The notes under the pieces are model-generated. The model made no database searches. It was not told the DNA's origin and was given only the letters and a program-made list of their open reading frames with translations. 27,886 nt of DNA from the IMG/VR virus record IMGVR_UViG_3300047272_000419, positions 1 through 27,886 of that record; one strand, written 5' to 3'. Shown here one piece after another: positions 16,142 through 24,559 of the stretch (positions are counted from its first letter, which is position 1; each line of letters begins with the position of its first letter). The DNA is from a virus (taxonomy: Duplodnaviria > Caudoviricetes). The position numbers and the translations under genes were made by a program.

Positions 16142-16993
16142 ATGCTCCGCATCATCAAGGCCGACGAGCGCCTCAAGCTCGCCCCCAAGGTCAACATCGC
16201 TCTCTTCGGTCCGTCCGGAGTGGGCAAGACCACCCTCGCCCGCACGCTCGACCCCGAGTCCACGCTCTTCGTGGACCTCGAGGCCGGCACGCTGGCCATC
16301 CAGGACTGGCCCGGCGACGTGCTCGACGTCCGCGCCGCGGCCCAGGCCTTCGGCAAACAGCCGTGGGAGATCGCCCGCGCCCTGGCCCTGTACATCGGTG
16401 GCCACGACCCGTCCGATCTGAACGGCGCCTACAGCAAGCCGGTCTACGACGCCGTCTGCGAGGCCTTCAAGGAGATCCCTCTCGCCAAGTACAAGACCGT
16501 CTTCGTCGACTCGATCACCGTCGCCTCGCGCGACTGTCTCAAGTGGGCTGAGAAACAGCCGGAAGCCATGAACAAGGACGGCAAGCCCGACACCCGCGGA
16601 GCCTACGGCCTGCTCGGTCGCGAGATGATGCGCTGGCTGACCCATCTCCAGCACAGCAACAAGTCGATCGTCGTCGTCGGCATCCTGAACCGCGAAGAGG
16701 ACGACCTCAAGCGCGTGTCCTGGGTGCCTCAGATCGAAGGCGCCAAGACCGCCCGCGAACTGCCTGGTATCTTCGACCAGGTGATCACCCTCCAGAACTT
16801 CAAGGCCGAAGACGGATCCCTCTACCGCGGCCTGTGCTGTCAGCAACAAAACCCCTGGGGCTATCCCGCGAAGGATCGCTCCGGTCGTCTCGAGCTCCTC
16901 GAGGCCCCGCACCTGGGCGAGCTGATGGTCAAGATCCGCGAGGGCAAGCGCCTCGACACGACGCTGATCACCACCATGCCGGCCAAGGCCTGA
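16142..16993 (+). CDS. AAA_24 / Sak4-like ATPase (recombinase)
   Basis: Walker A GPSGVGKT, LFVDLEAG, VFVDSIT, AKDRSG; followed by an SSB-like gene. Confidence 0.85.
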   Translation: MLRIIKADERLKLAPKVNIALFGPSGVGKTTLARTLDPESTLFVDLEAGTLAIQDWPGDVLDVRAAAQAFGKQPWEIARALALYIGGHDPSDLNGAYSKPVYDAVCEAFKEIPLAKYKTVFVDSITVASRDCLKWAEKQPEAMNKDGKPDTRGAYGLLGREMMRWLTHLQHSNKSIVVVGILNREEDDLKRVSWVPQIEGAKTARELPGIFDQVITLQNFKAEDGSLYRGLCCQQQNPWGYPAKDRSGRLELLEAPHLGELMVKIREGKRLDTTLITTMPAKA

Positions 16994-17027
16994 CCTTTCT
17001 CACCCACCCAGATACACACCCAATACC

Positions 17028-17639
17028 ATGAACAACATGTTCTCCCCCGACTCCGGCGCCGCCAAGGCGCCCGAGCTCATCCCCAACGGCACGCTCTCCT
17101 GGGCGATCATCACGATCCAGGCCGCGCGCCAGTCCGGCACGACCGGCGGCACCTACTACCCGGTGACGCTCACCCTGGTCGAGAACGGCTACGAGGGCCG
17201 CAAGGTCTTCGACATGCTCCCGGACATCAACGACGAGCGCAACAACCCGAAGTGGCGCGAGATGGGCAAGGGCTCCATCACCCGGATCTTCGAGTCCGCC
17301 GGCGTCTTCAATCCGCACAAGCTCGAGACCTACGCCGCCTTCGCCGGCAAGGAGACTCTCGCCCTGATGAACGCGATGGACGGCCTGCGCGTCGCCATTA
17401 AGGTCAAGGTCGAGGCCTCCAAGGATCCGGCCTACGCCGACAAGAACAAGGTCGGCGAGTGGCTCAGCCCGAACCCGAAGAGCGCCGGCTCGCGTGACTA
17501 CAACACCCTGACCGGTGGCCAGCAGGCCGCTAACCAGGCGCGTGGCCAGGCGTTCGCTCCTCAGGCTCCCGCCCCGGTCTTGGGCCAGGGTCCCGGCTGG
17601 ATCGTCAAGGGCCCGGCCGCTCAGAACAACCCGTTCTGA
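17028..17639 (+). CDS. Putative single-stranded DNA-binding protein
   Basis: Beta-rich N-terminus (ELIPNGT...IKVKVE...KNKV), Q/A/P tail ending NNPF; Sak4-SSB synteny. Confidence 0.65.
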   Translation: MNNMFSPDSGAAKAPELIPNGTLSWAIITIQAARQSGTTGGTYYPVTLTLVENGYEGRKVFDMLPDINDERNNPKWREMGKGSITRIFESAGVFNPHKLETYAAFAGKETLALMNAMDGLRVAIKVKVEASKDPAYADKNKVGEWLSPNPKSAGSRDYNTLTGGQQAANQARGQAFAPQAPAPVLGQGPGWIVKGPAAQNNPF

Positions 17640-17645
17640 TCTAGC

Positions 17646-17761
17646 CAGGACCGGCACAACCCAACGCGTCGAACCCGACCTCACAAACATGGTGACTTTT
17701 CCAAAAAGCCTGCCAACATGTGAGCTCGAGGTTCGATGCACCACCGGTGCCGGCGTTCCTG
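17646..17761 (+). ncRNA. Putative structured RNA: long imperfect rod hairpin
   Basis: Nested pairs CAGGA/TCCTG, CCGGCAC/GTGCCGG, GCGTCGAACC/GGTTCGATGC (G-U), CTCACA/TGTGAG, CTTTT/AAAAG. Confidence 0.5.
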
Positions 17762-17776
17762 ATCTTTCAAAAACAA

Positions 17777-17908
17777 GGGCGGAGCAAGTGATCGGGGTGC
17801 CACCGTCGGTTGGCGATTACCCTGTTAAGACTTGCGCTGGGATGACGCGGATGTTGGGTCTGCCTCTCTCCCCCGCCCCCCACTTTGCCTGTACGCGCAA
17901 GCAACAGG
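17777..17908 (+). ncRNA. Putative multibranched structured RNA
   Basis: GGGCGG/CCGCCC closing stem; GCAAGT/ACTTGC; CGGGGT/ACCCTG; GCCA..TGGC; GCGGAT/GTCTGC; then CCTGT..GC-GCAA-GC..ACAGG. Confidence 0.45.
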
Positions 17909-17918
17909 AACTACAACG

Positions 17919-17960
17919 GCTCCCCTCCCTACCGAAAGGCACAGGGGAGTCTTCCTTTTT
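17919..17960 (+). terminator. Putative intrinsic terminator
   Basis: CTCCCCT...AGGGGAG stem with inner CC-GAAA-GG, followed by TCTTCCTTTTT. Confidence 0.5.
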
Positions 17961-17986
17961 GACCGCCCGGCCCTCTCAACGATGGT
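17959..17986 (+). promoter_or_regulatory. Putative promoter TTGACC-N16-GATGGT
   Basis: Same -35 / 16-bp spacing / xAxxxT pattern as the other candidates; directly upstream of the structured leader. Confidence 0.45.
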
Positions 17987-17992
17987 TTCTCT

Positions 17993-18212
17993 CGAGCGGT
18001 TTTCTTTCCCGCGCAAGCGGGCCTGCTCACGCAGGGTGGTCGGGAGGCACCAGGTCCGGGTGCCGGCTGAAACCGAGGCGTAAGCCTGTCGCGAGTCAAG
18101 CCGTAGGCCGCCGCCGTTCCCAGACGCCATGCGTGGCGGCTTATGCCGGGGCGCCTTGGCTAACACGCCACGAACGGCGCGATACCAAAATCGACACTAT
18201 CGTATTTTGGTC
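17993..18212 (+). ncRNA. Putative structured leader RNA of the helicase operon
   Basis: CCCGC-GCAA-GCGGG, CCTGC-TCAC-GCAGG, GGCACC/GGTGCC, AGGC-GTAA-GCCT, CGCCGTTC/GAACGGCG, and ACCAAAAT/ATTTTGGT abutting the ATG. Confidence 0.5.
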
Positions 18213-19874
18213 ATGAAACTTCGACCCCGCCAGGCGGACTTCGTGTCCCGCGTACTGACCGCGCTCGCCGACAAGGGTAACACCCTCGGCGTGGCGCCGA
18301 CAGGCGCAGGCAAGACGGTCATGCTCAGCTCGGCGATCGCCCAGTCGCGCAAGAAGGACAAGCCCTTCCGCGCGCTCGTGATCCAGCACCGGGAAGAGCT
18401 CGTCAACCAGAACCGGGCCACGCTCAGACGCGTCGACCCGGACCTGGCATCTGACATCTACGCCGCCGACCGCAAGAAGTGGTCGGACGGTGTCACCTAC
18501 GCCATGGTCCAGACCCTCAGCCGGCCGGACAACCTGGACACCATGCCGGCCATGGACCTGGTCGTGATCGACGAGGCGCACCACGTCGCCGCGTCCAGCT
18601 ACAAGAAGATCCTCGAGCGCGCGCGCTCCCTTAACAAGGACGTCCGGATCCTGGGCGTCACGGCCACACCCGAGCGAGGTGACAAAGCCGCCCTGAAGGA
18701 CGCCTTTTGTAACGTGGCCGACGTGATCTCGATCCGCGAGCTGATCGAGGCAGGCCACCTGGTAAGGCCTCGCACCTACGTCATCGACTGCGGACTGCGC
18801 GAAGAGCTCGCCGGCGTGAAGCGCACGATCTCCGAGTTCGACATGGCCGAGGTCGAGGCGATCATGGACAAGAGCGCGGTCACCGAGAAGGTGATCGAGG
18901 AGTGGCGCCGGCTTGCCGGCGACCGTAAGACCATCGTCTTCTGCTCGACGATCGAGCACGCCAGGCACATCACCCAGGCCTTCGCCGACGCCGGCATCAA
19001 GGCCACCGAGATCCACGGCGAGATGACCGACACCGAACGTCGTCGCGCCCTGATTGACTTCGAGAAGGACAAGTACCAGGTCCTGGTCAACGTCGCGATC
19101 GCGACCGAAGGGTACGACTGCCAGACGATCGCGTGCGTCGTACTGCTCCGGCCGTGCTCCTACAAATCCACCATGATCCAGATGGTCGGCCGGGGCCTGC
19201 GCAAGGTCGACCCGGAGAAGCACCCCGGCGTGATCAAGACGGACTGCGTCGTCCTGGACTTCGGTTATTCACTGCTTACTCACGGAGGCCTCGAGACCGA
19301 CACGGTCCTCGAGCCGGTCAAGGGCAAGGGCATGACCAAGGACTGCCCGTCCTGCGAGATGGAGATCCCCGCCGGCTGTGGCACCTGCCCCTCCTGCGGC
19401 CACATCTTTGACGCGGTCGAGCGCCGTGCCCAGGAAGTGAAGGAGCGCCAGGCCCTGGCCGACTTCGTCATGACCGAGGTCGAGATCATGAAGCTCAGCC
19501 CCTTCCAGTGGGAAACCTTCTGGGGCGTCGTCACCATGGCGAACGCCATGTCTGCCTGGGCCGCGATCATCAAGCACGCCGGCGTCTACCAGGTGATCTG
19601 CGGGAAGGACGCCGATCGCGTCGTTCACCTGGTCGCCAAGACCACCGACCGGCTCCAGGCCCTGGCCTCCGCGGACGACTACCTCCGGGAGCACGGCGAC
19701 AAGGACGCCGCCCGGAAGACCAAGCGCTGGATCAACGAGCCGGCCAGCGACGACCAGCTCCGCTACCTCTCATCCCAGGCCAATGATTTTTCCATGACCA
19801 AGTACCGCGCGTCGTGCCTTTTGACGTGGACTTTCAAGGAGAAGCTCATCAGAGCTAAGGTTCTTTCCGTATGA
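18213..19874 (+). CDS. Superfamily 2 DEAH helicase (RadD/YejH-like) with zinc ribbon
   Basis: APTGAGKT, DEAHH, GVTATP, TEGYD, QMVGRGLR, CPSC...CPSC. Start MKLRPRQ at 18213. Confidence 0.92.
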   Translation: MKLRPRQADFVSRVLTALADKGNTLGVAPTGAGKTVMLSSAIAQSRKKDKPFRALVIQHREELVNQNRATLRRVDPDLASDIYAADRKKWSDGVTYAMVQTLSRPDNLDTMPAMDLVVIDEAHHVAASSYKKILERARSLNKDVRILGVTATPERGDKAALKDAFCNVADVISIRELIEAGHLVRPRTYVIDCGLREELAGVKRTISEFDMAEVEAIMDKSAVTEKVIEEWRRLAGDRKTIVFCSTIEHARHITQAFADAGIKATEIHGEMTDTERRRALIDFEKDKYQVLVNVAIATEGYDCQTIACVVLLRPCSYKSTMIQMVGRGLRKVDPEKHPGVIKTDCVVLDFGYSLLTHGGLETDTVLEPVKGKGMTKDCPSCEMEIPAGCGTCPSCGHIFDAVERRAQEVKERQALADFVMTEVEIMKLSPFQWETFWGVVTMANAMSAWAAIIKHAGVYQVICGKDADRVVHLVAKTTDRLQALASADDYLREHGDKDAARKTKRWINEPASDDQLRYLSSQANDFSMTKYRASCLLTWTFKEKLIRAKVLSV

Positions 19875-20668
19875 TCTTCTCACCCAACGAAGGCCGCGAG
19901 GCCACGACAACGGAGCAAGCTATCATCGCGTCCATCGACGCGGCGATGCTGTCCAAGAACAAGGAGCAGGCCAGGCGCCAGTACCTCGGCGCGTCCCGGA
20001 TCGGGCACCACTGCGAGCGCGCCCTGGGCTACGAGTACCACATGGCCGAGAAGGACGAGGGCGCCGACTTCAAAGGCAAGACCCTCCGGATCTTCGACAT
20101 GGGCCACGACGGCGAAGAGCGCATGGCCAGGTACCTACAGCTCGCCGGCTTCGAGCTCCAGACCCACGCGCCCGACGGCAAGCAGATCGGAATGTCAGAC
20201 GCCGGCGGAAAGTTCAAGGGACACCTCGACGGAGTGATCCACTCCGGCCCGGTCGCGGATCTCAAGTACCCCATGCTGTGGGAGAACAAGGCCCTCGGCG
20301 ACAAGAGCTGGAGCGACGCCGTGAAGAAAGGCATCAAGCTCAGCAAGCCGGTGTACTACGCCCAGGTCCAGATCTACATGGCGTACCACGAGCTCGAGTC
20401 GTGCATGTTCACCTGCCTCAACCGCGACACCGGCGAGATCCACGTCGAGCTGATCCCCCTCGTCACGCGCGACGCCCAGGACTACATTGACCGCGCCGTC
20501 CGCATCGTCAGCTCCAACGCCCCGGAGGAGCTCGGCAAGGCCGGGCGCTCTGCCGACGACTTCAACTGCAAGTTCTGCGACTACAAGGCGCGATGCTGGC
20601 AGAAGACCACTTCCCAACCCAACACCAACCACCAAACCATCAACCCCTCATGGCTAAGAAAAGAGTAA
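19871..20668 (+). CDS. Cas4-like PD-(D/E)xK exonuclease
   Basis: GASRIGHHC, GHLDG, WENK, YYAQVQIYM, CKFCDYKARC (four-Cys Fe-S pattern). Confidence 0.85.
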   Translation: MIFSPNEGREATTTEQAIIASIDAAMLSKNKEQARRQYLGASRIGHHCERALGYEYHMAEKDEGADFKGKTLRIFDMGHDGEERMARYLQLAGFELQTHAPDGKQIGMSDAGGKFKGHLDGVIHSGPVADLKYPMLWENKALGDKSWSDAVKKGIKLSKPVYYAQVQIYMAYHELESCMFTCLNRDTGEIHVELIPLVTRDAQDYIDRAVRIVSSNAPEELGKAGRSADDFNCKFCDYKARCWQKTTSQPNTNHQTINPSWLRKE

Positions 20669-20973
20669 GCAAGAAGCCTATCAAGTTCACCGATCCTTTC
20701 GAGGTCGAAGGCAAGCGCCTCCGCGCCCTGGTCGACGAGTTCGCCGACAACCTGGGCGACGGCGAGATGCTCGTCGCCGACGGCTTCGACGCCGCGATCG
20801 TCGGCATCACCGAGGACAACGAGCCGACCGTCGTCTACGACTGGGACATGTGCGTCGAGATCCTCCAGGTCCGCGACGAGATGACCGAAGAAGACGCGCT
20901 CGAGCACATGTCCTTCAACGTGACCGGCGCCTACGTCGGATCCCGCACCCCTCTCTTCATCCGGTTCCTCTGA
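20650..20973 (+). CDS. Phage hypothetical protein
   Basis: ADGFDAAIVG...VYD...EDALEHMSFNVTGAYVGSRTP; stop coupled to the next start (TGATG). Confidence 0.75.
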   Translation: MAKKRVSKKPIKFTDPFEVEGKRLRALVDEFADNLGDGEMLVADGFDAAIVGITEDNEPTVVYDWDMCVEILQVRDEMTEEDALEHMSFNVTGAYVGSRTPLFIRFL

Positions 20974-23258
20974 TGGACGCTCCCAACAGCGTCGACGCGA
21001 AAGCGATCGAGGCACACCTGCGCCTGCTCTTCGGCTACGAGGCCGAAGGCTACGTCTGCCTGCGTGGCATCGGCGAGAAGGGCACCGCCCGCGAGGGCGT
21101 CTTCCGCGAAGACATCTTCCTCGAACCCAACGTCCTGGGGTGGCCGGCCTTCGTCGCGTCCATCATCCATCACGCCACCCGCTGGGGACAGCACGACGTC
21201 GCCAGCTTCGTCGTGCCTTGCACCCTGAAGGCGGACCGTGGCACCGCCGAGAATTGCCAGACCTTCCGCACCCTGTGCGCCGACTTCGACACCGGCGACA
21301 CCGACGCGAAGCTTCACTGGATCACGCTCGAGTGCGGACCCCCTGACATGGTCGTGCTTTCCGGAGGCGTGACCGAAGAGGGCAAGGCCAAGCGACATGC
21401 CTACTGGTCGATCAAGCCGACCGAAGACGTGGCAAAGGTGGTCGCCGTGCGCGACGCGATCGCGCGCAAGGTCGGAGCCGACATCCAGTTCGGCTTCGGC
21501 GTCGACGGCAATCCCTATGGCCGTGCCCACCAGCCTATCCGCCTGGCCGGATCCATCCACGGGAAGAACGGCGTACGCAAACCCGTGCGCATCGAGGCCC
21601 TGGTCGAGGACGCGTACGAAGGAGCCGACCTGGCTACCTACGCCGAGGTCATGGAGCGAGTCGTGCCGAGCCCCTGGGCCCTGGCCGAGAAGGTCGCCCA
21701 GGTCGGAGCCATGTTCCGCCCGGAGGGCGGCGACATGTCCGACGTGCTGACCACCGACGTCGCCGCAGGCGCCGAAGGCGGAGAGACCAGGTGGTCCGCG
21801 TTCACCCGCGTGGCCGGCCACTACATCCACGTCGCCCGCAAGGGTGACATGTCCATCGATGAGGCGAAGGCCGCGGCCGAAGGCTGGATGCTCGCCCACA
21901 TGGATCCGCCCTGGCCTGCCGGCCGGTTCGCTTCCGAGTGGCAGGGCCTGGTCCGCAAGGACATCTCCGGGCACGGCCCCTTCCCCAAGCCCGAGGCCCC
22001 GATCGCGAAGCCGGAGACCGGTGGGATCCTGGCATGGGCCGCCCACCGGTGGAGCCTGGGCGCCAGCCCCAAGCGCCAGTTCCTCGTCGACAAGCTGATC
22101 CTCGCCGGCAAGCACCACCTCCTGGTCGCCGAAGGCGGAGCCGGCAAGACGTTCCTGTGCCTCGACCTGGCCCTGAAGATCTCCAGCCCCAAGCCGAGCG
22201 ACGACTGGTGCGGTCAGCCCATCACCCGCAAGGGCAAGGCCGTGATCATCACGACCGAGGACGACCAGGACGAGCTCCACATCCGACTCAACGACCTCGA
22301 CCCGGACGGCTCCCGCCGACGCGAGGCCGGCGACGACCTGATCATCCTGCCCACCATCAACACCGGCGGATCCTTCGCCGTCGTCGAGCACGACGCCAGG
22401 ACCGGCGAGGCGAAGGCCTCCCGCAAATGGGTCGAGCTGATGGACATGCTACGCCAGGTGAAGCCGGACGTCGTCGTCATCGACACCCTTAACTCCGTCC
22501 TTCACGGCGAAGAGAACAGCGCCACCGTCATCAATGAGTTCATCCGGTTCGCGTCTCAGATCTCCGGCGAGCTGGGCTCGGCCACGATCTTCACCCACCA
22601 CATCCGCAAGCAGGGAGAGGAACCGATCCGGGGCATCGACGGGATGAAGGCCGCGATCCGCGGATCCTCCGCCCTGCCGGCCGCGTTCCGCGCGGTGCTC
22701 GGCATCTGGGCGTGCGCCGACTACGACCGACGCATGACCGCCATGGGCCTGAAGCCCAGGCGCGGATCCCTCTGGAAGCTCGGCGTGCTCAAGGCCAATA
22801 ACCCGGAGATGTACGAAGGCGAGAAGACCCTGCTCCGATCGGAGTCCGGCCTGCTCGTCGACGTCACCGCGAACGACTCCTACTCCCTGGTCAACCTGTC
22901 CGAGCGACATGCCTGGCTCCTGGCCGCGATCACCCTGGCCGCGAGGGCCGGACACCCGTACAGCAACGAGGGCAAGAACGCGAAGAGCGGTCTCTACCGC
23001 CGGCGCGCGGAGCTCCCGCCCCTGCTCAGGCAGACCGGCGCTCACGAGTTCGCCGGCATCGTCGAAGAGCTCTTGATGAACAAGGCCGTCGTCGTCGCGG
23101 CGTCGAAGGGATCCAAGTCCAAGACCTGGCTCGACATCCCGACCGGCCCGATCGCGACCGACTCCGCCGGTGCCGAGCTCAACGCCGGCGCCTACCAACC
23201 CCAGGACTGGGACCTCTTCCAGTTCGACGAGGTCACCAAACAGATCGCCCGCAAATGA
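20973..23258 (+). CDS. Primase-helicase (RepB-like primase + AAA_25/RepA-type helicase)
   Basis: N-terminal LCADFD...RHAYW...IRLAGS; C-terminal AEGGAGKT, VVVIDT, HHIRK, RGSSA. Confidence 0.85.
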   Translation: MDAPNSVDAKAIEAHLRLLFGYEAEGYVCLRGIGEKGTAREGVFREDIFLEPNVLGWPAFVASIIHHATRWGQHDVASFVVPCTLKADRGTAENCQTFRTLCADFDTGDTDAKLHWITLECGPPDMVVLSGGVTEEGKAKRHAYWSIKPTEDVAKVVAVRDAIARKVGADIQFGFGVDGNPYGRAHQPIRLAGSIHGKNGVRKPVRIEALVEDAYEGADLATYAEVMERVVPSPWALAEKVAQVGAMFRPEGGDMSDVLTTDVAAGAEGGETRWSAFTRVAGHYIHVARKGDMSIDEAKAAAEGWMLAHMDPPWPAGRFASEWQGLVRKDISGHGPFPKPEAPIAKPETGGILAWAAHRWSLGASPKRQFLVDKLILAGKHHLLVAEGGAGKTFLCLDLALKISSPKPSDDWCGQPITRKGKAVIITTEDDQDELHIRLNDLDPDGSRRREAGDDLIILPTINTGGSFAVVEHDARTGEAKASRKWVELMDMLRQVKPDVVVIDTLNSVLHGEENSATVINEFIRFASQISGELGSATIFTHHIRKQGEEPIRGIDGMKAAIRGSSALPAAFRAVLGIWACADYDRRMTAMGLKPRRGSLWKLGVLKANNPEMYEGEKTLLRSESGLLVDVTANDSYSLVNLSERHAWLLAAITLAARAGHPYSNEGKNAKSGLYRRRAELPPLLRQTGAHEFAGIVEELLMNKAVVVAASKGSKSKTWLDIPTGPIATDSAGAELNAGAYQPQDWDLFQFDEVTKQIARK

Positions 23259-23449
23259 ACCAACCACTACGCCCGGAAAACACGGGGGACAACCTGAGCG
23301 CATACGAAAGGTGCGCCAGGCTGATCTCCAAGTACGCCCCGTTCTACATCAAATACGGGGACCTTACCGCGATCTCAGGCACCGGCAGGTCGCACAAAAA
23401 CAAAGCGAAAAAGAAGGTTGCCAAACCGAAGCGTAAGGGCAAAACCTAA
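23255..23449 (+). CDS. Small basic hypothetical protein
   Basis: ATGA overlap with the upstream gene; Lys-rich tail. Confidence 0.55.
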   Translation: MNQPLRPENTGDNLSAYERCARLISKYAPFYIKYGDLTAISGTGRSHKNKAKKKVAKPKRKGKT

Positions 23450-23464
23450 GGCCTTCCTCCCAAC

Positions 23465-23902
23465 ATGAAGAACAACAAATACGAACTGCCCACCTTCTGG
23501 TGGGTCAACCCCTGGGCTCACGCCCGCTACCTGATCGGCGCCGCTGAAGAGCTCGCCGGTAGGTACCTCGAGACCTGCGAGAAGCTCGACCGGACCACCG
23601 GCCAGCTGGCGCAGGAGCTCGTCGACCACGCCGAAACCAAGGCCAGGCTCGACAGGCTGGAACAGCAGTACGACATCCTCGAAGGCCAGCTCTGCGAGGC
23701 CGAAGACAATGTCAACGGCCGGCAATACGGCGAGCTGATCCGCGACACCGTGCGCAAGGCTTGCGCCGAAGGCCTGACGATCGACGAGGCCTGCAAGAAG
23801 TACAAGCTGAACAAGGGCTCGGTGCGCACCGTAGCGTCCATGCTCGGCGTCTCCTTCAAGTGGTCCGGCAAGGGCCGCAAGCCTAAGAACCGCCGTGGCT
23901 GA
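23465..23902 (+). CDS. Hypothetical protein, coiled coil plus possible C-terminal HTH
   Basis: CCCAAC-ATG start; EGLTIDEACKKYKLNKGSVRTVA resembles an HTH. Confidence 0.7.
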   Translation: MKNNKYELPTFWWVNPWAHARYLIGAAEELAGRYLETCEKLDRTTGQLAQELVDHAETKARLDRLEQQYDILEGQLCEAEDNVNGRQYGELIRDTVRKACAEGLTIDEACKKYKLNKGSVRTVASMLGVSFKWSGKGRKPKNRRG

Positions 23903-24122
23903 GTTCACCACCCTGCACGATCGCAAGCGCACCGGCCTCTCCGCTCTCGGTACCGCCCTCGGTACCGCGAAGCGGTCGGGGCACAGCTTCGTCATGCTCA
24001 GGATCTCCGACGCCGAAGAGATCCATGACCTGGTCGGCCCGGTCATGAAGCGCGAACAGCACAAGGTCTACATGCGCCAGGTCCGGGCGCGCAAGCGCGC
24101 CATGAAGGCGATCAAGCGATGA
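23895..24122 (+). CDS. Hypothetical protein
   Basis: Overlaps both neighbours in an operon-like arrangement. Confidence 0.6.
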   Translation: MAEFTTLHDRKRTGLSALGTALGTAKRSGHSFVMLRISDAEEIHDLVGPVMKREQHKVYMRQVRARKRAMKAIKR

Positions 24123-24559
24123 CCGGCATGCTCATGATGGCGCTCCTCTCCGGCGCGCCCACCGTGCCCGACACCTGGGTCGACGCGGTCGCCCATGTCG
24201 AGACCGGCGGTCACAAGGACCCGGACCACGCGGTCGGCGATGCCGGCCGTGCGGTCGGTCGGTTCCAATTCTGGCAGGTCGCGTGGACCGAGTGCTCGAA
24301 GATCCGCGCGAAGCACGGCCAGGACGTGCACCCCTACAGCAAGGCCACCGATCCGGTGATCGCGCGAGAGTACGCGCGCACCTGGATCGCGATGTGCCAG
24401 CGAGGCGTGTCCCTCGAGCTTGGCCGGCCGGCCACCCTGGCCGAGACCTGGGCCTGCTACAACCGCGGGCTGACCGGCTTCCGCCGGCTAGGCTTCAAGC
24501 TCTACCGCATGCCGAAGCACACCCAGAAGCACATCGCCTACCTATCCAAGATCAAATGA
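24119..24559 (+). CDS. Lysozyme-like / lytic transglycosylase protein
   Basis: AVAHVETGG (catalytic Glu), AVGDAGRAVGRFQF, ACYNRG; hydrophobic N-terminus. Confidence 0.75.
   Translation: MTGMLMMALLSGAPTVPDTWVDAVAHVETGGHKDPDHAVGDAGRAVGRFQFWQVAWTECSKIRAKHGQDVHPYSKATDPVIAREYARTWIAMCQRGVSLELGRPATLAETWACYNRGLTGFRRLGFKLYRMPKHTQKHIAYLSKIK

Noticed and set aside
15332-16912. N-terminal extension of the 867-aa minus-strand ORF
   Set aside because: Antisense shadow of three good plus-strand genes. The integrase starts at ATG 15331 after its own promoter-like region.
17725-17745. GGTTCGAT T-loop-like sequence suggesting a tRNA
   Set aside because: No cloverleaf; it pairs within the long hairpin.
18045-18180. 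SRP-like CAGGTCCGG and twister-like CAAGCC/TAACAC fragments
   Set aside because: The remaining conserved elements of those RNAs could not be found.
17515-18216. 233-aa ORF and other ORFs across the SSB-helicase gap
   Set aside because: Poor codon bias and no motifs. The region is better explained by RNA structure, a terminator and a promoter.
18141-23303. Long antisense ORFs (360, 486, 284 aa) opposite the helicase and primase
   Set aside because: Shadow ORFs of strongly supported plus-strand genes.
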